Program-made: the position numbers and the translations under genes
Shown here: piece by piece, positions 35,999 to 44,888 of the stretch
How positions within the stretch are numbered: position 1 is the first letter of the stretch
Layout of the letters: the number at the start of each line of letters is the position of its first letter
The notes under the pieces: model-generated
Database searches by the model: none
Seen by the model: only the letters and a program-made list of their open reading frames with translations
What the model was told of the DNA's origin: nothing
Assembly: GCA_003979035.1 (NCBI GenBank)
Contig: RXOA01000140.1
Location: 1 to 46,619 of the forward strand
DNA from: Candidatus Bipolaricaulota bacterium
GTDB lineage: Bacteria > Bipolaricaulota > Bipolaricaulia > UBA7950 > UBA9294
DNA length: 46,619 bases
Direction: 5' to 3'

Positions 35999-37954
35999 AT
36001 GGTGGCTACCATAGCCCGAACCACGATGAACACGACCCCTTCATCCAAGATGTCCCCCAACGACGATCTCCCGGAGCATCCGACCCAGGCGGAACTCCAC
36101 GAGCCGGCGTCATCCGGCGACCTGGCGGCGAAGCTTTCCTCCCTGCCGAGGACCCCCGGTGTCTACCTCATGAAGGATCCTTCGGGAGCCGTGATCTACG
36201 TGGGCAAGGCGTCCGTTTTGCGAAGCCGCGTTCGTTCGTACTTCCAGGCCTCCGCCGGCAAGGAGGCGAGAATCCGCCGCCTTGTGGACGAAATCGCCGA
36301 TTTCGAGGTCATCCGCACCAAAACGGAGGCGGAAGCCTTCCTCCTCGAAGACACGCTGATCAAGCGGCATCAGCCGCGGTTCAATGTGCGCCTGCGCGAT
36401 GACAAGCGTTATCCGTACCTGAAAATCACCAACGAGCCGTATCCCCGCGTGCTGATCGCCAGGCGCCGTCGCGAAGACAGGGCTCGATATTTCGGTCCAT
36501 ACACCAACGTCAAGGCGATGCGCTCCACGCTCAAACTGGCGCAGAAGCTGTTTCCGATCCGCACATGCAGTCTGGCGCTGCCGCTTGGCTCGCCGCGCCG
36601 TCCGTGTCTCAACTACCACATCGGACGCTGCCTCGCTCCTTGCGCCGAGCTGGTGACGCCTCGGGAGTACGCACAGATCGTCGATGGAGCATCGCTGTTG
36701 TTCGAAGGCCGCGTCACCGGATTGATCCAACGAATCACGGCGGAGATGGAGGAGGCGGCCTCCGCAAAGAACTACGAAAAGGCGGCCCGCCATCGCGATC
36801 AGGTCTTGGCGCTTCGCAATACGCTCGAGCGTCAAGCGGTGGCCTTGTCCGATCTCAAGGATCGCGACGCCATCGGTCTCTACATCGACGGCTCGGCCGC
36901 CTGCGCAAACGTGTTCCAGCTTCGCGACGGACGACTGAGCGGACGCATCGCTTTCCATTTGCGGGTTCCCGATGGGGCGACGACGATCGACGTGCTCCCG
37001 GAGTTCCTGTCCCGGTTCTATTCGGCCGCGCACGCCGTCCCCCCGGAGATCCTTCTGCCAGCGCCCATGGACGAAGACGCGACCGCCGCCCTCTCCTCAT
37101 GGCTCACCTCGAAGCGAGGGAAGAAGGTGCGGCTTCACACCCCGCAGCGAGGTGAGAAGCGAGACGTCATCAGGCTTGCCGAGGAGAACGCACGCTATGC
37201 GTACAAGGCGGAACGGGCCGCGGTCACGCTGCAATCCAAAGCAACGTCCGCTCTGAGCGAGCTGGCGGAGGTTCTCTCTCTGTCGACGTTCCCGCAGAGG
37301 ATCGAAGCGTATGACATCTCCAATATTCAGGGCACGGAAGCCACCGGCTCGATGGTCGTCTTCATCAACGGACGTTCGCGACGCGACGCGTATCGCCGAT
37401 TCAAGATTCAGGCCGGCGGCCACCCCGATGACTACGCGATGATGGCCGAGGTGCTGCGGCGGCGCTTTCGCAGGGGGCTGAAGGAGATCTCCGATCCCAC
37501 CGTCTCCCGGGGCAAATTCTCGGAGCTTCCTGATCTGGTCATCGTGGACGGCGGCAAGGGTCAGTTGAACGTGGCCCGATCCGTGTGCTCGGAACTCGAC
37601 TTGGAAGGAATCGAACTTCTTGGGTTGGCCAAGCGGCACGAAGAGGTGTTCCGCCCGGCGCGGCCGCTTCCGCTTGTGCTTGCCAAGGACGGCGAAGCGC
37701 TGTTGCTGCTGCGGCAGATCCGTGACGAGGCGCACCGTTTCGCGATCACGTATCACCGAAACTTGCGCCGCAAGCGAACCCTGTCATCCACCTTGGATGC
37801 GATTCCCGGCATCGGTCCCAAGCGCCGCTCCGCCCTGCTTCGCCGTTTCGGCTCGCTAAAGGGGCTCTCCGCCGCATCGGCAGACGAAATCGCCCTTGTC
37901 CCGGGGATTTCACGCGATTTGGCCGACAGGATCCATGCCGCGGTGTCGCAGTAA
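35999..37954 (+). CDS. uvrC: excinuclease ABC subunit C
   Basis: GIY-YIG N-terminus (PGVYLMKDPSGAVIYVGKASVLRSRVRSYF), UVR domain, RNase-H-like endonuclease domain, C-terminal (HhH)2 (LDAIPGIGPKRRSALLRRFGSLKGLSAASADEIALVPGI). Start uncertain (ATG 35999, 36026 or 36050). Confidence 0.9.
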   Translation: MVATIARTTMNTTPSSKMSPNDDLPEHPTQAELHEPASSGDLAAKLSSLPRTPGVYLMKDPSGAVIYVGKASVLRSRVRSYFQASAGKEARIRRLVDEIADFEVIRTKTEAEAFLLEDTLIKRHQPRFNVRLRDDKRYPYLKITNEPYPRVLIARRRREDRARYFGPYTNVKAMRSTLKLAQKLFPIRTCSLALPLGSPRRPCLNYHIGRCLAPCAELVTPREYAQIVDGASLLFEGRVTGLIQRITAEMEEAASAKNYEKAARHRDQVLALRNTLERQAVALSDLKDRDAIGLYIDGSAACANVFQLRDGRLSGRIAFHLRVPDGATTIDVLPEFLSRFYSAAHAVPPEILLPAPMDEDATAALSSWLTSKRGKKVRLHTPQRGEKRDVIRLAEENARYAYKAERAAVTLQSKATSALSELAEVLSLSTFPQRIEAYDISNIQGTEATGSMVVFINGRSRRDAYRRFKIQAGGHPDDYAMMAEVLRRRFRRGLKEISDPTVSRGKFSELPDLVIVDGGKGQLNVARSVCSELDLEGIELLGLAKRHEEVFRPARPLPLVLAKDGEALLLLRQIRDEAHRFAITYHRNLRRKRTLSSTLDAIPGIGPKRRSALLRRFGSLKGLSAASADEIALVPGISRDLADRIHAAVSQ

Positions 37955-38013
37955 CCCGTGGGGATTGCGGGGGAGTTCTCTATAATCGCTTTCGCTTCAA
38001 AAGGGGGAAGGAC

Positions 38014-39072
38014 ATGAACGCAGTCCGATTGATCGCCAGCCTCTCCGATGCTTTCGGAGTCTCCGGCTTCGAGGATGAGGTGCGCGAGGTCATTCAGGAG
38101 CATATCTCGCCGTTGGTGGACGAGGTTCGCACCGATGTCCTGGGAAATCTCATCGCCATCCGACACGGCAAATCGAAACGAACCCTCATGCTCGACGCCC
38201 ACATGGATGAGGTGGGGTTCATCGTGAAATGGATCGATGGCAACGGGTACTTGCGGTTCTCGCCGCTCGGCGGGTGGGATCCGCGGATTCTCCCCACCCA
38301 CCGCGTCACGGTTCAGACACGGGATGGCGGGAAACGTCTCGGAGTCATCGGCGCCGCTCCTCCCCATATCCTTTCGGCCGAAGCGCGCGAACGGCCAATC
38401 CCGATGGAGGATCTGTTTGTCGATATCGGCGCCTCTTCAGGGCACGAAGCCACCGACATGGGAGTCCGTATCGGAGATCCGTTGACCATCCACTATCCGT
38501 TCACCGAGATCCACGACGGCTATGTTACCGGCAAGGCGTTCGACGACCGTGTCGGCTGCGCCGTCCTGATTCAAACGGCGGAGCGGCTGGCCGAAAAGGA
38601 TCTGGACTGGACGATCGCCTACTCGTTCGTCATCGGAGAAGAGGTCGGCTTGCGCGGAGCCCATACCGCCACTCACCAGATCAAGCCTGATCTCGCCCTG
38701 GCGATCGAGGGGACGATCGGGGCCGACATGCCGGGGGTTCGTGAAGATCAACAACCGGTGCGCCTGGGCCAAGGACCGGCGATCACGGTGGCCGATCGGT
38801 CGATCATCGTCTCTCGGCGCGTCATCGACGTGCTCGAACGGATTGCGGATGAATCCTCGATCCCGTTTCAGTACAAGCTCCCGACCTACGGCGGAACGGA
38901 TGCCGGAGCGATTCATCTGACCCGGGGCGGAGTCCTTTCGGGCGTGCTTTCCGTGCCCTGCCGGTTCATCCATTCGCCGGCATCCACCATGCGGATGAAC
39001 GACTTCGAGAACACAGTCAGAATGACCGCGAGGTTCGTCGAAGTGGCTCCCGGGAAGCTGTTCGAAGCGTAG
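38014..39072 (+). CDS. M42 family metallopeptidase (FrvX/glutamyl aminopeptidase-like)
   Basis: 352 aa. GVSGFEDEVREVI, LMLDAHMDEVGFIV, GKAFDDRVGCAVL, VIGEEVGLRGA, and the GTD..H region near the C-terminus. Confidence 0.85.
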   Translation: MNAVRLIASLSDAFGVSGFEDEVREVIQEHISPLVDEVRTDVLGNLIAIRHGKSKRTLMLDAHMDEVGFIVKWIDGNGYLRFSPLGGWDPRILPTHRVTVQTRDGGKRLGVIGAAPPHILSAEARERPIPMEDLFVDIGASSGHEATDMGVRIGDPLTIHYPFTEIHDGYVTGKAFDDRVGCAVLIQTAERLAEKDLDWTIAYSFVIGEEVGLRGAHTATHQIKPDLALAIEGTIGADMPGVREDQQPVRLGQGPAITVADRSIIVSRRVIDVLERIADESSIPFQYKLPTYGGTDAGAIHLTRGGVLSGVLSVPCRFIHSPASTMRMNDFENTVRMTARFVEVAPGKLFEA

Positions 39073-39096
39073 GACGGAGTCCGGATTCGGGATTGA

Positions 39097-39124
39097 GATC
39101 AAGATCAAGATCGAGATCACGATC
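39097..39124. repeat. period-6 GATC microsatellite
   Basis: GATC at 39097, 39103, 39109, 39115 and 39121 (GAGATC AAGATC AAGATC GAGATC ACGATC), with a sixth GATC at 39132. Lies in the intergenic region after the M42 gene. Confidence 0.7.
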
Positions 39125-39161
39125 GAGCTTGGATCGGGACGTATCTCTGACGCGAGAAGAG

Positions 39162-39211
39162 ACTTGGTCCGCACGGAGCTTTGGCTGGCACTCCCGCGCG
39201 GACCAAGTTTT
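39162..39211. terminator. bidirectional hairpin terminator between convergent M42 and aminotransferase genes
   Basis: 11-bp stem ACTTGGTCCGC/GCGGACCAAGT with a 25-nt loop. Followed by TTTT on the plus side and CTCTTCTC on the minus side. Confidence 0.5.
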
Positions 39212-39237
39212 CGATCGTGTTGACGACGGCTCTTCCC

Positions 39238-40464
39238 CTACGGGGTGATCACCGCCAGCTCTTCCCGGATGAGATCGCCCAGTCGGCGGATCCCTTCCTC
39301 GATGTCTTCCGTGGAAACAAGAGAATACGAGAGGCGCATCGTGTTCTCCCCGCGCCCGTCAACGTAGAACGCCGAGCCGATCACATAAGCAACCTTGTGC
39401 TCGATCGCTCGCGGGAACATCGTCTCGGTGTTCAGCCCTTTCGGCAAGCGAACCCAAAGGAACAACCCTCCGTCGGGGTTTGTCCAACTGATCCCCGCAT
39501 CCTTGGGCATGTGGCGTTCGAGGGCCTTGATCATCGCATCTCGTTTCACGCGGTAGATCTTGCGGATTTCGGCGAGATGGTCATCGAGTCCGTACCGCTC
39601 GATGTAGCGCGCCGCCATGTGCTGCGTCAGCTTGGACGTGCAAAGGTCGGTCGGTTGCTTCACCCGAACCAGCGCATCCATCAGGTCTCCGCTGGCGATC
39701 AGCAACGCGAGTCTGAGTCCAGCGCAGAGCACTTTGGAGAAGGTGAACAGCATCATCACCCGTCCGGCGCCTTCATCGTCGAGGCTGAGAATCGACGGAA
39801 TCGGATCGCCGGCGAATCGCAGTTGCCCGTAGGGGTTGTCCTCGAAGATCAGGAGGTCTTCGCGGCGAGCGATCTGCAGCAAGCGTTTCCTCTTCTCAAG
39901 CGACATGCTGATCCCCGAGGGGTTCTGAAAATCGGGAATCACGTACACCGCCTTGAGTCGATGCCCGGCGGCCCGCTCAGCTTCGATCCGTTGCTCGAGC
40001 ATGTCCAGGTTCATGCCGTCGTCTTCCAGATCGACACCCACCATGCGGCTCTCAAACAGCCGGAACGATTGGATGGCGCCGAGGTAGCTCGGCAGCCCGC
40101 AGAAAATCACATCGCCGGGGTCAATGAATGCCTTGCAGAGAAGATCCAGCCCCTGCTGCGATGCCGTCGTCACGAGAAGCTGGTCGATCGTGACGTCGAT
40201 CCCTTGAGGGCGCAGCCACTCGGCCATCAGCTTTCGTAGGGTACGGCTTCCTTCGGTCGATCCGTATTGCAGCACGTTCTGCGGGTTCTCCCGGATCACT
40301 TCGGCCGCGATGTCCGCCATCTGTTCATGGGGGAACGTTTCCGGAGCCGGTAGTCCCCCTCCGAACGAGATGATCTCGGGACGTTCCGTCAACTTCAGAA
40401 GCTCACGGATCGCGGATCGCTTGGATCCCGATGCCCGTTTCGACACGTGTTGGATCATACACAT
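39238..40464 (-). CDS. PLP-dependent aminotransferase, class I/II (LysN / 2-aminoadipate aminotransferase-like)
   Basis: 408 aa. SAIRELLKL..IISFGGGLPAPETFP, YGSTEGSRTLR, PDFQNPSGISM, FEDNPYG, FTFSKVLCAGLRL (PLP lysine). Confidence 0.8.
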   Translation of the reverse strand: MCMIQHVSKRASGSKRSAIRELLKLTERPEIISFGGGLPAPETFPHEQMADIAAEVIRENPQNVLQYGSTEGSRTLRKLMAEWLRPQGIDVTIDQLLVTTASQQGLDLLCKAFIDPGDVIFCGLPSYLGAIQSFRLFESRMVGVDLEDDGMNLDMLEQRIEAERAAGHRLKAVYVIPDFQNPSGISMSLEKRKRLLQIARREDLLIFEDNPYGQLRFAGDPIPSILSLDDEGAGRVMMLFTFSKVLCAGLRLALLIASGDLMDALVRVKQPTDLCTSKLTQHMAARYIERYGLDDHLAEIRKIYRVKRDAMIKALERHMPKDAGISWTNPDGGLFLWVRLPKGLNTETMFPRAIEHKVAYVIGSAFYVDGRGENTMRLSYSLVSTEDIEEGIRRLGDLIREELAVITP

Positions 40465-40526
40465 CCTCCCGTCGTCACGATGTTCCTTCTCGGGTGCCGG
40501 ATTCTAATTGGCCCGTTCGGATCTTG

Positions 40527-41135
40527 TCAAAGGACAAACTGAAGAAAAATAGGTAGAAGATGAGAGCTGATCGTCGTTCCAAGGATCGCGCCGCCAATCA
40601 CATCCAATGGATAGTGCTCGTTAACGTAGACCCGCGACAGACCAATCAGCGCCGCGCCGCTGTAGGTGGCCAGGCCAACGGCCAGGCTGGGATATACCGA
40701 CGAGATGGCCCACGCCACGCCATAGGCGATGGTCGTATGTCCCGACGGGAAAGAATACGTGTCGATCTTCCACGCTCGTTCATCCGGAGTCAGGAGCTGC
40801 GGCCGCGGCCGGGTGAACGCCATCTTGAACATGCGAAAGATGGTGATGTTGATCACCGTAATCGAGAGCGCCACCAACACATAATCGCGATCGAGCGACG
40901 AGCCGAAAAGGATCAGCCCCAATGCCAGCGCCGCCCAAACATAGCCGTCGCCAAGATAGGTCGCCGCGCGGAACAGCCAGTCGATCTTCCGCAATCGTGG
41001 ACTCTCGCTGATTGCACAGAGCGTCCGTTCGTCCCAAACCGTGATCGCATCAATCCATCGATCAAAGCGCTTGACGAAGGCCACAGCGGCTCCTTGTTTC
41101 GTTCGTGCCGGACGAAATCGAGGTACCGGGAACAA
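40527..41135 (-). CDS. PAP2 family phosphatase (membrane)
   Basis: KMAFTRPRP, SFPSGHTT, SRVYVNEHYPLDVIGG: the three PAP2 motifs. Confidence 0.85.
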   Translation of the reverse strand: MFPVPRFRPARTKQGAAVAFVKRFDRWIDAITVWDERTLCAISESPRLRKIDWLFRAATYLGDGYVWAALALGLILFGSSLDRDYVLVALSITVINITIFRMFKMAFTRPRPQLLTPDERAWKIDTYSFPSGHTTIAYGVAWAISSVYPSLAVGLATYSGAALIGLSRVYVNEHYPLDVIGGAILGTTISSHLLPIFLQFVL

Positions 41136-41281
41136 GACGCGTCGAGAATCGCCCGCGGTTCCGCGATCGGTCGTGCGGAGCGCGCAATTCCGGCTCCGAA
41201 CCCGTCAATCCCCAATCCATGCCGCCGAACGGCATTCCGGATGCCTGTCGACACGGTTCGGACCGGCCGTACACAGATTCG

Positions 41282-41302
41282 TCCCGCCACGATGTGGCGG
41301 GA
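41282..41302 (-). terminator. strong hairpin downstream of greA (no U-tract)
   Basis: Perfect 9-bp stem TCCCGCCAC/GTGGCGGGA with a 3-nt loop, 43 nt after the greA stop. Confidence 0.3.
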
Positions 41303-41344
41303 TCCACTTCCGCCACCGCGTTCCGACAAGGGGATCCAGCTCGT

Positions 41345-41821
41345 TCACTGGATGGCGATGACTCGGAAGTGCGCCTTTCCTCGGGGAAGGTCGACGACGA
41401 CTTCCTCGCCTTCTTTCTTCCCGACAAGGGCTGCCCCTACGGGAGATTCGATGGAGATCTTCCCCTTCTCCAGATCGACCTCCGCCGAGCTGACAAGGCT
41501 GAACGAGCCGCTCTCCATGAACTCGTAGTCCTGCAAGATGAAGCTGGATCCGATTCCAATGACATCGGAGGAGATTTCCTCGTCGGGAATGATTTCCGAT
41601 GCTTCGAGCACCGACGTCAGCCGACGGACTTCACGCTCGTAGTACTGCTGCTCGCTCTGCAGATACATGTACTCTTTGTTCTCGCGAAGATCGCCGCCAT
41701 TGATCTTGGATGCCTTCAGCTTCTCCGGGATCTCTTCGTAGAGGATCTTCTTCGTGTGATCAAGCTCCTGCTGCATGAGCTCATGGCCGCCCTTGGTCAG
41801 GCGGATTGTCTCCTTGTTCAT
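41345..41821 (-). CDS. greA: transcription elongation factor GreA
   Basis: Start at ATG 41821 (MNKETIRLTKGGHELMQQEL). Contains GDLRENKEY and a C-terminal ISIESPVGAALVGKKEGEEVVVDLPRGK FKBP-like domain. Confidence 0.85.
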   Translation of the reverse strand: MNKETIRLTKGGHELMQQELDHTKKILYEEIPEKLKASKINGGDLRENKEYMYLQSEQQYYEREVRRLTSVLEASEIIPDEEISSDVIGIGSSFILQDYEFMESGSFSLVSSAEVDLEKGKISIESPVGAALVGKKEGEEVVVDLPRGKAHFRVIAIQ

Positions 41822-42191
41822 CGCATCCCTCCATCGCAATCACTGCACGTGCTTGACTGAGCAAGGTCCGGGCCACGGCCTGGTGGTCCTGCCCGCGACA
41901 CGGCGGCCGGGGATGAACCACGATGTCAACACCCGCGAACAGATCTTTGTTCTTGCGGTAGGTTTCCCGGATCAACCGTTTGATACGGTTCCGTTCCACC
42001 GCGGATCCGTATCGGCGGCCAAGGGAGATCCCCAATCTCCCGGGAGTCGCCGTCGTCAACACGTGCAGCGTGAACCACTCGCTCCGATTGACGCGCCCTC
42101 CTCGCATCACGGGGTCAAACGCTCGATACCCCTTGATGCGACGGCCGGCCGGAAACCGCTCCGAACCCTTGCCCCGCATGGCAAGAATCAT
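41781..42191 (-). CDS. rnpA: ribonuclease P protein component
   Basis: 136 aa. LGISLGRRYGSAVERNRIKRLIRETYR (the RNR motif). The C-terminal tail overlaps the greA start by 41 nt. Confidence 0.75.
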   Translation of the reverse strand: MILAMRGKGSERFPAGRRIKGYRAFDPVMRGGRVNRSEWFTLHVLTTATPGRLGISLGRRYGSAVERNRIKRLIRETYRKNKDLFAGVDIVVHPRPPCRGQDHQAVARTLLSQARAVIAMEGCDEQGDNPPDQGRP

Positions 42192-42271
42192 ACGCTACAA
42201 ACGCCCTACATCTCAAACATCTGGCCGTTCTTTCCCTATCCGGAGGCCGCCCGGTTACACTGTCTGTCGGA

Positions 42272-43531
42272 ATGCTTAATGAACCCATCTACACCGTGTC
42301 CGAGATCAACCGAAAAGCCAAGGATCTTCTCGAACAGCAGCTCGGCGGATTCTGGATCGAGGGGGAGATCTCCAATCTGAAGCTCGCTCCATCCGGTCAT
42401 GCCTATTTCACCCTGAAGGACGAGTATGCCGAAATCTCCGCGGTTCGCTTCCGGCCACGCACGGGAGGGTTGTCCGCCATGGCCGCGCCGGCTGATGGCG
42501 ACCATGTCGTTGCGTTCGGCCGGCTTTCGATCTACGAGCCACGCGGGCGATACCAGTTCATCGCTTCCATGATCCAGGCCGCAGGGCAGGGACTTCTTCA
42601 ACTTGCGTTCGAGAGGCTCAAGTCCAAGCTCGAATCCGAAGGACTGTTCGACGCAAAGCACAAGCAGCCGCTGCCGCCGATCCCTCGGCGCGTGGCGGTC
42701 ATTACGTCTTCTTCCGGTGCTGCGATCCGCGATATTGCTTCGGTGGTCGAACGCCGCTTCCCGCTGATCGAGCTGCTGTTGTTTCCGAGCTCGGTCCAGG
42801 GAGAATCGGCGGCGCAGGAACTGATTGAAGCGATTCGCCGCGTCACCCGCTACCATGCCGAATCGGAGCCGTTCGATGCATTGATCATCGGTCGCGGGGG
42901 TGGATCGGCGGAAGATCTCGCCGTGTTCAATGACGAAGGGCTGGCGCGTGCGCTTTTTGCGTGTCCGATCCCGGTCATCGCCGCCGTCGGCCATGAAGTG
43001 GACTTCACCATCACCGATTTCGTCGCCGATGTTCGCGCACCGACGCCGTCTGCCGCGGCCGAACTCATCGCCCCGGATGGAGCGGAGATGCTGTCAAGAA
43101 TCCTGCATTGCTCGGGAAGGATCGGACGCGCAACCACCTCGGCGTTCCGGAGCCGGCAAGGCGATTTGACCCACGCCGTGCGCCGCTCGGTCCTTCGTCT
43201 TCCCGGAGATCGCGTCCGGCGGTTGTCGCAGCAGCTTGATCTGTCGATCGCATCGCTCAGTTACCGGGTCGGCGGCGCGCTCAGCCTTCGATCACGTCGG
43301 CTCGAACGGGTCTCCGAGATCATTCGCTTCTCGGACCCGTGGTTGCCGCTGCTACGCGGCTACAGCATGACGTACGCTGAAGGGGAAGCGACGCCCCTGC
43401 GGGATATTTCGGGAGTTTCGAGCGGGGCTAGGCTTCGAACCCGATTGGCGAACGGAGAAATCCTGTCGATCGTTGAGGAGGTGAACAAGGCTGTTGAACG
43501 CAAACGTAGATCAGGCGCTGAAGAGACTTGA
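42272..43531 (+). CDS. xseA: exodeoxyribonuclease VII large subunit
   Basis: 419 aa. YTVSEINRKAKDLLEQQLGGFWIEGEISNLKLAPSGHAYFTLKDE, IGRGGGSAEDLAVFNDE, GHEVDFTITDFVADVRAPTPSAAAE. Confidence 0.9.
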   Translation: MLNEPIYTVSEINRKAKDLLEQQLGGFWIEGEISNLKLAPSGHAYFTLKDEYAEISAVRFRPRTGGLSAMAAPADGDHVVAFGRLSIYEPRGRYQFIASMIQAAGQGLLQLAFERLKSKLESEGLFDAKHKQPLPPIPRRVAVITSSSGAAIRDIASVVERRFPLIELLLFPSSVQGESAAQELIEAIRRVTRYHAESEPFDALIIGRGGGSAEDLAVFNDEGLARALFACPIPVIAAVGHEVDFTITDFVADVRAPTPSAAAELIAPDGAEMLSRILHCSGRIGRATTSAFRSRQGDLTHAVRRSVLRLPGDRVRRLSQQLDLSIASLSYRVGGALSLRSRRLERVSEIIRFSDPWLPLLRGYSMTYAEGEATPLRDISGVSSGARLRTRLANGEILSIVEEVNKAVERKRRSGAEET

Positions 43532-43715
43532 GGAGATTGCATCCATGCTGGAGGCTGCGGAGCTCCCGCTGGAGGACACCCTGGCCCTCTTCGAAGAAGG
43601 GGTCGGACTGGCGACAACGGTTAAGACCCAGCTTGAGCAGGCGAAAATGCGAATCAGGACCGTCGTCGAAAATGCTTCAGGATTGCTTTCTCTGGAGGAT
43701 TTCGACCTCTCCTGA
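43494..43715 (+). CDS. xseB: exodeoxyribonuclease VII small subunit
   Basis: 73 aa. LKRLEEIASMLEAAELPLEDTLALFEEGVGLATTVKTQLEQAK. Overlaps the xseA 3' end. Confidence 0.85.
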   Translation: MNANVDQALKRLEEIASMLEAAELPLEDTLALFEEGVGLATTVKTQLEQAKMRIRTVVENASGLLSLEDFDLS

Positions 43716-43734
43716 CCCTATACTTCCTACCGCC

Positions 43735-44739
43735 ATGAGCAAGCGAAGTGCGGATCTTGCAATCATCGGAGCAGGCCCGGCCGGACTCACCGCGGCGATT
43801 TACGCGCGGAGAGCCCTCCTGTCTACGGTCGTATTCGAGAAACGGACTCCCGGAGGACAGCTCAGAGAAACCGAATGCATCGAGAACTTCCCCGGCATCG
43901 ATGAAAAGACAACCGCCCCCGCGTTGATGGATCGGATGCGCCACCAGGCCTCGCAGTTGGGCGCGGAAATCGTGTTGGAGGAAGTCGTCGAGATCGGGGT
44001 TGCCGACAGGCCCCCTTCAGGCCATCCGCAGCTCGAGAAGCGTTTCCATCTGGTCACGTCAGATAGCACGTGCACCGCGCGCGCCGTGATCATCGCCTCG
44101 GGGTCAAGACCCCGCCCGCTTCCGGCAAAGGGGGCCGATCGCTTCAAAGGAAAGGGCGTCTCATCCTGCGCAACTTGCGACGGCTTCTTCTTCCGGGAGA
44201 AGCGCGTGGTCGTCGTCGGCGCCGGGGATTCGGCGTTGACGGAAGCGCTTTACCTGACACGCTACGCAAACTGGGTCGGTATCGTGATCCGTCACCCAGA
44301 AGAAGATCCAAAGGCATTCCGAGCCAGCAGGCTTCTGCGGGACCGAGCGCAAGCACATCCGGGAATCGAGTTCCTGTGGAATCGCACGATCAGCGAAGTT
44401 CATGGAGAGGCTTTCGTCTCAGGCGTCACGTTTCGGAATGCCTCGACCGGCGATGAAGAGCGGCTTCCCATCGACGGAGTCTTCGTCAGCATCGGACACA
44501 CGCCTGAAACGGGCTTCCTGCAGGGAACGGTCGAGCTCAACGAGCATGGCTACGTCATGACGGATGCGGCGCTTGGAACCAATGTCGCCGGGTTGTTCGC
44601 CGCCGGCGATGTCCGGGCATTCACCAGCCGCTACGCGCAGGCGGTCATCGCCGCCGGCGATGGGGCGATCGCCGCCATCGAAGCGGAGCGCTACCTCTTT
44701 GATCTTGATCGCACGCCCGCCATGACAAGAGCTTCTTGA
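43735..44739 (+). CDS. trxB: thioredoxin-disulfide reductase
   Basis: Start at ATG 43735. DLAIIGAGPAGLTAAIYA, redox-active CATCDG, VVVVGAGDSALTEALYL, GLFAAGDV. Confidence 0.9.
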   Translation: MSKRSADLAIIGAGPAGLTAAIYARRALLSTVVFEKRTPGGQLRETECIENFPGIDEKTTAPALMDRMRHQASQLGAEIVLEEVVEIGVADRPPSGHPQLEKRFHLVTSDSTCTARAVIIASGSRPRPLPAKGADRFKGKGVSSCATCDGFFFREKRVVVVGAGDSALTEALYLTRYANWVGIVIRHPEEDPKAFRASRLLRDRAQAHPGIEFLWNRTISEVHGEAFVSGVTFRNASTGDEERLPIDGVFVSIGHTPETGFLQGTVELNEHGYVMTDAALGTNVAGLFAAGDVRAFTSRYAQAVIAAGDGAIAAIEAERYLFDLDRTPAMTRAS

Positions 44740-44888
44740 CACGACGCCGTCCAATTCGCAAGGTAGCAGAGTGGCAAGCCAACGAAGTCGGCCGGCGAGC
44801 AGGCAGGCCGATGAAACGAGATGAGGAGAAATCGTGGCTCGATACGGTCGCCTCATCATGGGGTGGGAGCGGAGTACGGAGGAGACTG

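Noticed and set aside
36110-37756. 307-aa and 219-aa minus-strand ORFs
   Set aside because: Antisense to uvrC.
39091-39135. Possible mini CRISPR or coding repeat (EIKIKIEITIE)
   Set aside because: The unit is only 6 nt with no spacers. It lies outside any supported ORF and is better described as a microsatellite.
39181-41528. 352-aa and 322-aa plus-strand ORFs
   Set aside because: Antisense to the aminotransferase and PAP2 genes.
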